Assembly: GCA_965248435.1 (NCBI GenBank)
Contig: OZ252100.1
Location: forward strand, 3,328,001 to 3,392,000
Length of the DNA: 64,000 nt
Origin: Candidatus Latescibacterota bacterium
GTDB lineage: Bacteria > Latescibacterota > UBA2968 > GCA-2709665
Direction: 5' to 3'
Part shown: positions 24,501 through 31,951 of the stretch, one piece after another
Position numbering within the stretch: the stretch's first letter is position 1
Layout: each line of letters opens with the position of its first letter
Program-made: the position numbers and the translations under genes
The notes under the pieces: generated by a model
Told to the model about the DNA's origin: nothing
The model's database searches: none
Seen by the model: the letters and a program-made list of their open reading frames with translations, nothing else

Positions 24501-27500
24501 ACGATCACGAGCGGTTCGGGCACGGACATCGCGCTAGGCGGCCACGACGGCGATACGATCAACGCGGGTGAAGGTGACAACCTGGTGGTCGGGGACGACG
24601 GTTTCGTGGACTTCACGCGGGCGGATCGCGGGCTGGGCGGCGACGCAGATGCGACGGACATCGATCTGATCGAGAGCACGTCCACGACCGCCAACGGGGG
24701 TGTCGACTTCATCGACACCGGAGCGGGGAACGACCTGGTGATCGGCGGGCGGTTCGGTGATGACATCGAGGCACGTGCGGGCGACAACGTGGTGATCGGT
24801 GACAGCGGCCGGATCGTGTCGGCTGTGGCGGATCTGCCGCGATTGACGGATCACCTGTTCACGTTAGGGTTGGTCGAGACGATCGCGTTCGACGACAGCG
24901 GGGCGGATACGATTACTACAGGGTCCGGTCACAGTATTGTGATGGGTGGTGTGGGCGTTGACTCTCTGAGTTCCGGAAACGGCAGCCACAATATCATTTT
25001 CGGAGACAACGGGTTCGTGGACTTCGCGCAGGATGGCGATCTCTCGACGGTCGACGTGGCCTACACGATCGATCACAGTTCGGGTGACGCGGACATCATC
25101 ATCTCGGGCGACGGGAACGACATCATCTTCGGCGGTGCATTCGGTGACACGATCTGGGCCGGCGCCGGAAACGACCTCGTCCTTGGCGACTTCGGTCGGC
25201 TCGATTCGGCGGCAGGATCGATCGATGCTTCGCAGCTGCCTCTGTCGATGCCGGTCGGGACGCATCCATTCACCTTTACCTCCACCGACACGCAGAATGC
25301 CGCGGCGGGCGATGATCTGATCTTCGGCGAAGAAGGCGAAGACATCCTGCTCGGCCAGCAGGGGTCCGACACGATTTATGGAGGTGCCGATGATGACGAT
25401 ATCATCGGCGGCCACAATGTGTCTCTCGGTCATGACGGTGCCGACCGCCTGGACGGCGGCTCGGGCGACGACGTGATTGCGGGCGACAACGCGAGCATCC
25501 TGCGCAGGGGGGATTCGCTGGACCCGCGGATCCGCGTCCTGTCCGGGACCGAGATCTACGGCGAGACGCTGCCTGATGACGCCCGTGCCCTCGTCACCCC
25601 GGATTCTCAGGTGAACCCGAGGGGCACTGCGTCCAGACAGATCGAGATTCTGGATCACGCCGACGACACGGATCCGAGTCTGTTCGGCGGTGACTACATC
25701 GCCGGCGGGGCGGATGACGACCTTATCTTCGGCCAGCTCGGTGACGACATCGTTCAGGGCGACGGCTCGATCGACCTGAACGGCAACGGCCTGGTCGACC
25801 TGGACGGCTCGGACGCCGGGGTCGTGGATGTGAATGCGGCGAGGCTGGGAGACGGCACGCTGGCCGTCAGGCCTTCAGTAGAATCGGCGAGCGACGGCGA
25901 CGACTACATCGAGGGCGGCGGGGGTGACGACACCGTCTTCGGGAACCTCGGCCAGGACGACATTATCGGAGGCAGCTCGACCCTGTTTGGGCTGGATACG
26001 CCCGCGGAGCGCCCCGACGGCTCGGACCTGATCTTCGGGGGCGCGGCGACGGACATCGGTCGGAACGACACGGGCGACACATCGAGTCAAGGACACGCCA
26101 GGGATTCCGACGCGATCGCGGGCGATAACGCGAACCTCCTACTCCTTGTGGGGACCGGAACCATCCATTCTGGGGCTTTCCTTGAGTTCAATTACGACCA
26201 GACCTCGGCTTTCGAGGATCGCGGGACATTGCGGATCGTCCCGCGGGCGATCCAGTACGTGGACTATACGCCCGGCGGCGCTGACTTTGATGCGGCGTCG
26301 GCGGCCGGTGACATCGGCGCAGCGGACGAGGTGCACGGTGAGTCTGGTGACGACTTCATCTACGGGTTCGTCGGAAACGACATCCTGTTCGGCGACGGGC
26401 AGGACGACGACATCGTCGGCGGCTACGGGCACGACTGGATCTCCGGAGGTACGGGGCAGGACGGCGTTCTGGGCGACGACGGCCGGATCTACACGCAGCG
26501 CAACAGCTCGTCCGAGGGCGAGCCGCTTTACGGTCTGGGTCCGGTGCAGGTGAATTCGAGCATCGACACGCCGGGCAACTGGCAGCAGGCCGACATCTAC
26601 CCGTCCGGCGAACTGCTGAAGTCGGTCAACCTGGCGCCGTTCTCCCTGGGCGCGGATCCACAGCAAGCCGACGACATCATCTTCGGCGGCTGGGGCAGCG
26701 ACTTTCTACACGCCGGGGACGGCGACGACGCCGTGTCGGGCGCGGAGGCCCTGGAAGAGTTCTTCGATGCTCCGGAGAACGCCGGAAACGTTCTGCGCTA
26801 CGGCGAAGACCGGGCGGGCGAGTTCGCCGCTTACGACGAGTTCAACCCGCGGCACTTGATCCAGGTGGACGAGACCGGCGCCTTTATCGAGGTCGGCAGC
26901 GGCGACACCGGTTCGAACTTCATCCTGAACTTTGATGCCCAAGAGGCGCCAACGGGATCCACGGGCATCGCCGACGACGGCGCCGACTTCATCTTTGGCG
27001 ACCTGGGCAACGACTGGCTGGTCGGCGGGTCGGGCAAAGATCGGATCTTCGGAGGCATGGGCGACGACCTGATGAACGTCGATGACGACCACGGAACCAA
27101 CGGCGGCCTGAACGATGCGCCGGATACGGATCCGAGCTACGAAGATATCGCCTACGGCGGCGGCGGCCGGGACGTGCTGATCGGCAACACCGGGGGCGAC
27201 AGGCTGATCGATTGGGCTGGCGAGTTCAACAGCTACATCGTGCCCTTCGCGCCGTTCGGGTTGGGCACGGTAAGCCGGGCTCCAGCGCCGCACATCCAGC
27301 AATATCTGTACGACCTGTCAGAGGCGTCCGGCGCCGATCAGACCCGCGCGGCGGATACTGGAAGTGCGGAGTCCAGAAACGGCGAGCCGGAAGGCGAGAT
27401 CGGCCTCGTGAACCAGCAGGACTTCGCGTGGCGCGATCAGACCGGAGCGCCCGACGATCCGCAGCCGGGTAACATCCCGGGCGGGCCCAGGGACGTGCTT

Positions 27501-29054
27501 CGTAGCGCCGATTTCAACTCCGGCCAGGCCGAGGGGTTCGCGCCCGACAGCGGCACGTGGTCGATCGAGAGCGGAAGACTGCGCGTGGATCCCGAGAGTC
27601 AAAGCTCAGACGCGGTCAGCGTGTTCAATCTGGTCGAGGTGGATTCGCTGCCCAGCTACTTCGAGATTCAGGCAACGATCAACGCCGTAAAGCCGACTGG
27701 CGGGTGGAAGGCCAACGCCTACGTCATCTTCGACTATTACAGCCCGACCGACTTCAAATTCGCGGGCGTCAACATCTCGAACGACAAGATCGAGATGGGC
27801 AACGTGGACGCGTCAGGCTGGCACGTCGAAGAAACCGACAACGCCCAGCTGAAGCCCGATAAGGACTACAACGTCCTGCTGTCGGTGCTGGGCACAACGG
27901 TGACGCTGGTGATCGACAACTCCGAGGTGTTTTCACACGTGTTCGCACCCCGGGTGATCGACGGATTCAGCTACAGTATAAACGCCGGAATGATCGGGAT
28001 CGGCGCCCACGAAGCGCGGGCACGGATCGACAACGTGGCGGCCCAGGTCCTGCCGCCTGAGATCACGCTGGAGACGACGGACGAGTTCTCGGGTGGCTCG
28101 ACCGACTTCCTGGGTGGAGACGCTACGGGCTCGTGGCAGATCAACGGCCAACGCTTCGAAGGGACGCCTGCCTCCGGTGACGATATTGCGATCAGCTTGG
28201 TCGACCTTCCGGAGCTCGAAGATGGCGGGTTGGAGACGGCCTCGATGCTGGAGATGGAGGCGACGGTCAGCACGCAGGGCGCCGGCGGCTTCGTCTTTGA
28301 CTACTACAGCCCGACCGACTTCAAATTCGTCGCAATCACCGACGGAGCAGTGCAGATTGGCCATCACACGAACCGCGGCGGACTGAAGATCGACGCCACT
28401 GCCGATTGGGACATCAATCCGGGCGATGACTACGATCTCTTCCTGGAGATGAAGGGCACGCAAGTCAGCGTGTCAGTGGACGGGCAGGTGGTGACGGGCT
28501 TCGTCTTCAACGCTCTGTCAGTGGACGGCCGATTCGGCGTGATCTCCATCGGTGGCGAGTCGTCCTATGACGAGGTGACCGTCCGGACGGACGACCCGGC
28601 CTTCGAGGCCTTCGAGCCACCTGCATCAAAACCGGTCGTTGTTCCTGCCCACCTGGTGACGTCTTACCTGCAGCTGGATCCTTCAGTGCCGTTCGCACGG
28701 GTCGTGAGCGACGGGCACACGAACGGATTCAGCGGAGTCCGGATCGACGGGTTCCTGTTCGAGCCGGAAGGGGAAGACCGGACCGACGGCAAAAGGGTGA
28801 TCGGCAGCCTGTTCCAGAGCCGTCCCGATCTGTTCTCGCCGGCCCTGCAGGACATCTTTGCCGGGGACGAAACCGAAGAGGATTCAGTCGACCCGGTCGA
28901 CTTGGAGGCTGTTCTGGCGGGACAGGACGGCTGGACGAATGTACCTGGAGAGGCTGACGAAGGTCGTGTGGAGCGCGCCGGATTTGAAGCGCTTCTGGAG
29001 CGGGGCGCGCAGAGTCGTTTCCTGCGCTGGGACGAACTTTCGGCGGAGGAATAG
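15543..29054 (+). CDS. Giant RTX-like protein, segment 3 (C-terminal, about 4,500 aa)
   Basis: Frame is open from about 15543 (VDEDDQVDLLTIANDGS..LTGLGM); many G.GDNVVLGDSG / GGVD.I.TG.G.D..IGG repeats; two FDYYSPTDFKF beta-domains near the C-terminus; stop TAG 29052-29054. Confidence 0.9.
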   Translation, partial: VDEDDQVDLLTIANDGSSRDDDDGLLTAHRLTGLGMGAGYIDYIEFEHFNMTMGSGSETLTIESTHAGATNIDAADGGDTFNVETISGHTTLELGTGADEVNVSNDAGTVDSIGALLTVSGDAGGDTINILDGGEAGDNLGTLTESTLIGLDMTAEADVNHVQTITVDPLGGDFTVQMIDQTTGQAFVQLEDVDDELVPVLDANGNPIDSVTLAADATEEEIRIALQEFLGGFLTVVFNGVPLSAFTENVNVRRFGDVIVVRLEGAFRGAEGQNVRFVSADTHVQIATRNEGINYYGIETLNLDLGSGDDRLNIQGTSAVTNVDAGAGDDLIYVSSGANLGLLGTYAAADGSLENLHDAVLHGDRLDPVSGDLFQAGGTLDFVSGDLNIDAGAGENTLSLSDRHDPDADTAVTVTDSSITGLADGDITYGATTGSFSGQGTWAQSGDWGLFGIGISVYAGSGNNTIDITSVSDSGIVNAPFSRTVTQVFAGGGSDTVNVAVTESLGRYLVVQGEAGNDTIDASLSTVPVVLFGNEGGDTLTGGPMSDLLFGDSGRITFIRPTSAGPGLDVVLGAPADASDLAGLSFDDDSSTADLFVSVLGDSDNVDRIIAAGGNDVVVGGGNDGADINDLLDVEEIDAGEGDNTVLGDSGLIHLVNALLTEIRSFDAADGGRDDITAGSGFDVVIGGAGADKLTAGEGSNIIVGDSGRAVLTANQLELVESIEPAVGGSDTITTGTGSDYIIGGADGDVITTNDGLKVIVGDGGRVVLDGTDIALVETISPGVGGVDTITTMGTTARNIAIGGALGDLITLSNGDNTVVGDDGRAVFQGGILTLVESIVTVDANGLVQTGGVDTITGGAGPDNIIGGQAGDIIQAGNGRNIVMGDSGRFLYELDGDLSLAETDFSSDGGIDDIDSGSGNDVLLGGAAGDLLDAAGGDNVVLGDSGRITFLDGIVDDVASVDEGVGGVDYIDTSGTGRDVIVGGAAGDFINTGDGQKVVLGDSGVIDLVPTVVNGEQAIVSVASTAQGVGGVDRITTSGTTFRNIVIGGAFGDFITVGNGENTVLGDEGRAVFLNNILSIVESIVTLDGNNVPIQNGGVDEITGGEGADNIIGGQAADTILAGNGRNIVMGDSGSFTYEVDGDLAIAETVHSADGGVDTITSGTGSDVLLGGAVGDMLEAGEGDNVVLGDSGRITFLDGIVDDVVSVDEGIGGQDDIDTTGTGRDVIVGGADDDTIHTGDGQKVILGDSGSIDLDPFVMNGEQDLISIRTTAPGVGGVDTITSGAGTNTILGGPDGDIINAGSLGDNVVLGDNGEAFWVNGILDLIRSTDEGDGGIDVIIAGSGADKIIGGQDADQIVAGAGDNFVIGDSGELDFDAAGILATARTTAPGIGGVDDITTGPDDDVLFGGASGDTIGAGDGHNVVFGDEGIATFTGGILLRIESVVTLDAGGVTQTGGIDTITTGAGRDDVVGGQAGDVITVSDGENVVLGDSGVLDYVGGVLVFADTTEPGDGGVDVITSGVDRDVVFGGTAGDTINANAGDNVLVGDDGEVTFTAAGALDLIESTEFSDGDVDTITSLGGADHIIGGHEGDIIDAGDGWNVVAGDSARVDYEAGTLVRIETLASLIGGVDTIMTGLGSDVVLGGIGGDLITVNVGETAAQPDSSNVVVGDSGSIDYTSDDADASDIDEILSTETGDGGSDTITTGAGSDIVIGGAAGDVIVAGAGDNVVFGDSARILAATQDLSTTLPITAGLLETITPGVGGIDQITTLGGRDIVLGGHEGDTINAGEGDNIVLGDDGRIDTVRGERSPLDDGADTDASDIDLIESTSTTAAGGIDIITTGAGNDLMIGGRFGDTITAGAGDNLVVGDSARMTSASADAPQLLGLSITFGLVETIAFGDGGVDIITTLFGRDILFGGHEGDVINAGEGANIVVGDDGLIDYVRGERSAVGTPGADLDASDIDLIQSTSTIAAGGVDVIDTGVNDDIVFGGRFGDTLRAGEGRNLVFGDSGQITAANLGTPQYAGHALTFGLLETIEPSDGGVDAITSGSGTDIALGGHDGDTINAGEGDNLVVGDDGFVDFTRADRGLGGDADAADIDLIESTSTTFNGGVDVINTGAGNDLVIGGRLGDTITSGAGDNVVIGDSGRIVSAVADLPRLTDHLFTLGLVETIAFDDGGIDLITVLGGMDVVLGGDEGDTIDAGEGANVVLGDDGSVDYDLDGNPADIDEITSLSTTLGGGADVIDTGSGSDVVIGGRFADDIEARAGDNVVIGDSGRIVSAVADAPQLVGLPMTLGLIETIAFGDGGVDIISTLTGRDIVLGGDEGDTIDAGEGDNVVLGDDGLVDYDLDGNPADIDEITSLSTTLGGGADFIDTGSGSDVVIGGRFADNIEARAGDNVVIGDSGRIVSAVSDALQQLSGLSMTLGLIETIAFGDGGVDIITTLFGRDIVFGGHEGDVINAGDGANIVVGDDGLIDYVRGERSAVGTPGADLDASDIDLIQSTSTIAAGGVDVIDTGVDDDIVLGGRFGDTLRVGEGRNLVFGDSGQITAANAGAPQYAGHVVTFGLLETIEPSDGGADMITSGSGTDIALGGQDGDTIDAGEGDNLVVGDDGFVDFTRADRSLGGDADASDIDLIESTSTTLNGGVDIIDTGAGNDLVIGGRLGDTIRSGAGDNVVIGDSGRIVSAVADLPRLTDHLFTLGLVETTAFDDGGIDTITTLGGRDVVLGGDEGDTIDAGEGANVVLGDDGSVNYDLDGNPADIDEITSLSTTLGGGADVIDTGSGSDVVIGGRFADDIEARAGDNLVIGDSGRIVSAVSDALQQLSGLPMTLGLIETIAFGDGGVDIITTLTGRDIVFGGHEGDAVDAGDGANIVVGDDGLIDYVRGERAAAGTPGADLDASDIDLIQSTSTTAAGGVDVIDTGAGNDIVFGGRFGDTLRAGEGRNLVFGDSGQITAANTGAPQYAGHVLTFGLLETVEASDGGADTITSGSGTDIALGGHDGDTINAGEGDNLVVGDDGFVDFTRADRGLGGDADATDIDLIESTSTTANGGVDFIDTGAGNDLVIGGRFGDDIEARAGDNVVIGDSGRIVSAVADLPRLTDHLFTLGLVETIAFDDSGADTITTGSGHSIVMGGVGVDSLSSGNGSHNIIFGDNGFVDFAQDGDLSTVDVAYTIDHSSGDADIIISGDGNDIIFGGAFGDTIWAGAGNDLVLGDFGRLDSAAGSIDASQLPLSMPVGTHPFTFTSTDTQNAAAGDDLIFGEEGEDILLGQQGSDTIYGGADDDDIIGGHNVSLGHDGADRLDGGSGDDVIAGDNASILRRGDSLDPRIRVLSGTEIYGETLPDDARALVTPDSQVNPRGTASRQIEILDHADDTDPSLFGGDYIAGGADDDLIFGQLGDDIVQGDGSIDLNGNGLVDLDGSDAGVVDVNAARLGDGTLAVRPSVESASDGDDYIEGGGGDDTVFGNLGQDDIIGGSSTLFGLDTPAERPDGSDLIFGGAATDIGRNDTGDTSSQGHARDSDAIAGDNANLLLLVGTGTIHSGAFLEFNYDQTSAFEDRGTLRIVPRAIQYVDYTPGGADFDAASAAGDIGAADEVHGESGDDFIYGFVGNDILFGDGQDDDIVGGYGHDWISGGTGQDGVLGDDGRIYTQRNSSSEGEPLYGLGPVQVNSSIDTPGNWQQADIYPSGELLKSVNLAPFSLGADPQQADDIIFGGWGSDFLHAGDGDDAVSGAEALEEFFDAPENAGNVLRYGEDRAGEFAAYDEFNPRHLIQVDETGAFIEVGSGDTGSNFILNFDAQEAPTGSTGIADDGADFIFGDLGNDWLVGGSGKDRIFGGMGDDLMNVDDDHGTNGGLNDAPDTDPSYEDIAYGGGGRDVLIGNTGGDRLIDWAGEFNSYIVPFAPFGLGTVSRAPAPHIQQYLYDLSEASGADQTRAADTGSAESRNGEPEGEIGLVNQQDFAWRDQTGAPDDPQPGNIPGGPRDVLRSADFNSGQAEGFAPDSGTWSIESGRLRVDPESQSSDAVSVFNLVEVDSLPSYFEIQATINAVKPTGGWKANAYVIFDYYSPTDFKFAGVNISNDKIEMGNVDASGWHVEETDNAQLKPDKDYNVLLSVLGTTVTLVIDNSEVFSHVFAPRVIDGFSYSINAGMIGIGAHEARARIDNVAAQVLPPEITLETTDEFSGGSTDFLGGDATGSWQINGQRFEGTPASGDDIAISLVDLPELEDGGLETASMLEMEATVSTQGAGGFVFDYYSPTDFKFVAITDGAVQIGHHTNRGGLKIDATADWDINPGDDYDLFLEMKGTQVSVSVDGQVVTGFVFNALSVDGRFGVISIGGESSYDEVTVRTDDPAFEAFEPPASKPVVVPAHLVTSYLQLDPSVPFARVVSDGHTNGFSGVRIDGFLFEPEGEDRTDGKRVIGSLFQSRPDLFSPALQDIFAGDETEEDSVDPVDLEAVLAGQDGWTNVPGEADEGRVERAGFEALLERGAQSRFLRWDELSAEE
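21225..24890 (+). repeat. Near-identical intragenic super-repeats (about 1.2 kb x3; 387-bp sub-duplication)
   Basis: Marker DYVRGER recurs at 21369, 22974 and 24192 (spacings 1605 and 1218); DYDLDGNPADIDEI recurs at 22194 and 22581 (387). Confidence 0.85.
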
Positions 29055-29297
29055 CGTCTCGATTCGTTAAGCATCTCACTGAAGCGGCAGAGTTCGGAAG
29101 CCGTGCCGTTTGCCGGTTAGGAACGGAACGGCTTCTTTTTGCCTGAATGGCTGGAGCGTGAAAGGTATAAATGGGTGTTGACTTGACGGGGTATGGCTGA
29201 TTATATTGGGACCCTGTCGGGTGGCAGAATCTCTTGTTGCAGAGCAGAATAGACATTCCAGACCCTGTTTCGGGTCCATTACGTGAAAGGAGTTTCG

Positions 29298-29663
29298 ATG
29301 GCGAAGGCAAGCACTGCAGGAGCGCAGCAGGCCCAGTCTGAGGCCGGAGACGGAGGGCGAACGCAGGTGCGCGTGCGATGGGACGACTCGAACATGTCCA
29401 CCACCTACGCCAACGTTTGCAACGTGTCCAGCACTCGGGAAGAGGTTACGCTACTTTTCGGTACCAACCAGACGTGGCACACGGGACAGAACGAAGTCGT
29501 GGTCAATCTGTCGGACCGGATTATTCTGAATCCCTTCGCCGCGAAGCGACTATCGATGCTCTTGAACAACGTGGTCACAGAGTACGAGAAACGCTTCGGG
29601 GAACTGGGAATCGAAACGGCAACCGGTGCTCCCGGCGAGGCGCCGAAGCCGGCTGGAAGCTGA
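29298..29663 (+). CDS. DUF3467-family small protein
   Basis: VRWDDSNMSTTYANVCNVSSTREEVTLLFG...RIILNPFAAKRLSMLL pattern; AAAGGAG RBS before ATG 29298. Confidence 0.8.
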   Translation: MAKASTAGAQQAQSEAGDGGRTQVRVRWDDSNMSTTYANVCNVSSTREEVTLLFGTNQTWHTGQNEVVVNLSDRIILNPFAAKRLSMLLNNVVTEYEKRFGELGIETATGAPGEAPKPAGS

Positions 29664-29791
29664 AACGGATTGCGAATCACGAACTAGCGTCTCTCTTGGG
29701 AACGGCCCTCTTCATTCGGTCTACCCCGGGTCGGACGCTATTCGTTTTCCAGGATCAATTCTATAGACCAGGATGAAAGGCGAAATCTTCG

Positions 29792-31643
29792 TTGCCTTCT
29801 GAAACCACCCAGCAACTGGAGCAGCCGGCTTCGACATCGCTCCTCTGGACCCGCTTCGCCAACGCCAAGACGGCGTCGGAGTACCACGGCGCGTGGCTCG
29901 GTCTCCTGTGCGGTATCATTTCCGAAGCCCGACTTGGGGTACTGGTCCTTATGAGCGATGCTGGAAGATTCGAGCCTGTGGCCCAGTGGCCTCCGGATCG
30001 ACCGGATGCCCAGAAGCTGGCCGAGATCCTTGACCGGGTGGTGGACGAGAAGACGGGCCTGATCTCGGAGCTGGAGGCGAGCCCGGACACAGCGGCTACC
30101 TATGCCATCGGCTACCCGATTCAGGTGGACGAGGTGCTTTGCGGCGCCGTGGCGCTTGAGGTGCACGCGACCACCACAGAAGGCCTTCGCGGCGCCATGC
30201 AGCAGCTTCAGTGGGGCGTGGGCTGGGTGGAGCTGCGAGTGCGCAGGGATGGGTGACGTGGAAAGCTCTGAGGCGCTCAAACGGCTTCGGGGGAGCGTGG
30301 ACCTGCTGGCGTGCGTGTTTTCGGAGGAGCGGTTCGATTCGGCCTGCATGGCCTTTGTCGCGGAGCTGGCTAACCAGATGCAGTGCGATCGGGCGAGCAT
30401 CGGGTTCGTGAGAGACCGTCAGGTTCGGGTGCGGGCGGTTTCCTACAGTACGGACTTCGGCGAGCGGATGAATCTGAACCGCGCACTGGCTGGCGCGATG
30501 GAAGAGGCCGTGGTTCAGCGTCAGGCCATTAAATACCCGGCCGTCGACAAGGATTCCGCGCTCGTTGTTCGCGAACACGACCTCCTGGCGCGGCAGCACG
30601 GCGTCGAGTCGATTCTCACGGTTCCTCTCTACCACAACGACCGCTACTACGCGGCCATTACGTTGGAGCGTCCGAAGCAGCGCCCCTTTATTGAGGATGA
30701 CGAGGCCTTCTGCCACAGCGTGGCCGGGCTGGCCGGTCCCGCGCTGGAGGGCCGGCGCCTGGAAGACCGCCCGCTTCCGCTCAAGCTGAAGGACGCGCTT
30801 TCGGGGCAGGTCCGTAGGTTGATCGGTCCGGGTCACGTCGGGCGGAAGCTTGTCTTGGGCGTCCTGTTTATCTTGTCGATCTTTTTCGCCTTCGCGCAGG
30901 GCGACTACCGGATTTCGGCCGATTCCACGCTGGAGGGAGCGGTGCGGCGGGTCGTCGTCGCGCCGTTCGACGGGTTCGTGTCGGAGGCCCCGATGCGAGC
31001 CGGTGACGTGGTGAACGCGGGCGACGTGATCTGCCGGCTGGACGATCGCGATCTCCGGTTGGAGCGGATGCGGTGGCTGGGACAGGTGACCCAGCTGCGT
31101 CGGCAGCTTCAAGAGGCATCCGCCGGGCACGACCGGGCTCAGGCGAGCATCCTGTCCGCTCAGCTCGAGCAGTCTCAGGCGCAGCTGGAGCTGTCGGACG
31201 CCCAGCTGGAACGAACGCAGCTCCGTGCGGCGTTCGACGGATTGGTGGTCAGCGGCGATCTCTCCCAGCGCCTGGGGGGGGCCGTACAGCAGGGCGAAGT
31301 GCTGTTCGAGGTGACCCCTCTGGACGCATATCGGGTATTGCTGGAGGTGGACGAGGGTCGGATCGCGGACGTGGAGGCGGGCCAGACAGGAACGCTTGTG
31401 CTGTCGTCGCTTCCGGAATCTACGTTCGACTTCCGTGTGGAAAAGGTGACACCGATTGCAACTCCAGAAGAAGGAAAGAATACGTTCCGGGTGGAGGCGG
31501 CACTGGACCGCACCGAATCTTCCCTGCGGCCGGGGATGGAAGGCATCGGGAAGATCCACGTGGACCGCCGACTCCTGATCGGGATCTGGACGCGGGACCT
31601 CAGAGACTGGGTGAGGTTGACGTGGTGGGAGTACGTTTCGTAA
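29792..31643 (+). CDS. GAF-domain-containing HlyD-family membrane fusion protein (frameshift near 30245)
   Basis: ORF 29792-30256 (GAF-like, ends WGVGWVELRVRR) continues in ORF 30102-31643: CDRASIG GAF, TM helix, VVAPFDGFV..RAGDVVNAGDVI lipoyl half-motif, coiled coil, LRAAFDGLVV, LRPGMEG. Confidence 0.8.
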
Positions 31644-31661
31644 ATCGTCGATCGTAAAGAC

Positions 31662-31850
31662 CGGGTACCGGGATAGGTAGATAGGTTACAGAGACCTGAC
31701 GGTTTGGGGGCGACGCCTGCGTCGCCCCGAGAAATCAAAACACGGGTACCGGGGTTCGGGCAACGGGTACCGTAGCAATTGCGGGTTGCGGATTTGGGAA
31801 TGAAAAAGCTGGATCACGAAAGGACACGAAGGAGCACGAAGGACACGAAG
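31662..31850. repeat. Intergenic repeat cluster (CGGGTACCG cores, TTGCGG units, CACGAAGG x4)
   Basis: CGGGTACCG at 31662, 31743, 31764; TTGCGGGTTGCGGATT; CACGAAAGGA-CACGAAGGAG-CACGAAGGA-CACGAAG. Confidence 0.7.
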
Positions 31851-31951
31851 CCCCTTCCTGAGAAGCTGGATCAGGGGACATCGTGAAAGCAATGGGGCGT
31901 CACGGTCCCCCGAATGGCAAAAACGCGGAATAGAGGATGACGCACGGCTAA

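Noticed and set aside
29222-29241. sigma54 promoter before DUF3467
   Set aside because: TGGCAG..TTG spacing is off and there is no GC at -12.
4960-29310. Many long minus-strand ORFs over the giant gene
   Set aside because: Antisense shadows of GC-rich repetitive codons with no recognisable motifs.
30254-30256. Sec readthrough at the TGA of ORF 29792-30256
   Set aside because: Another in-frame stop follows within five codons; homology continues in a different frame.
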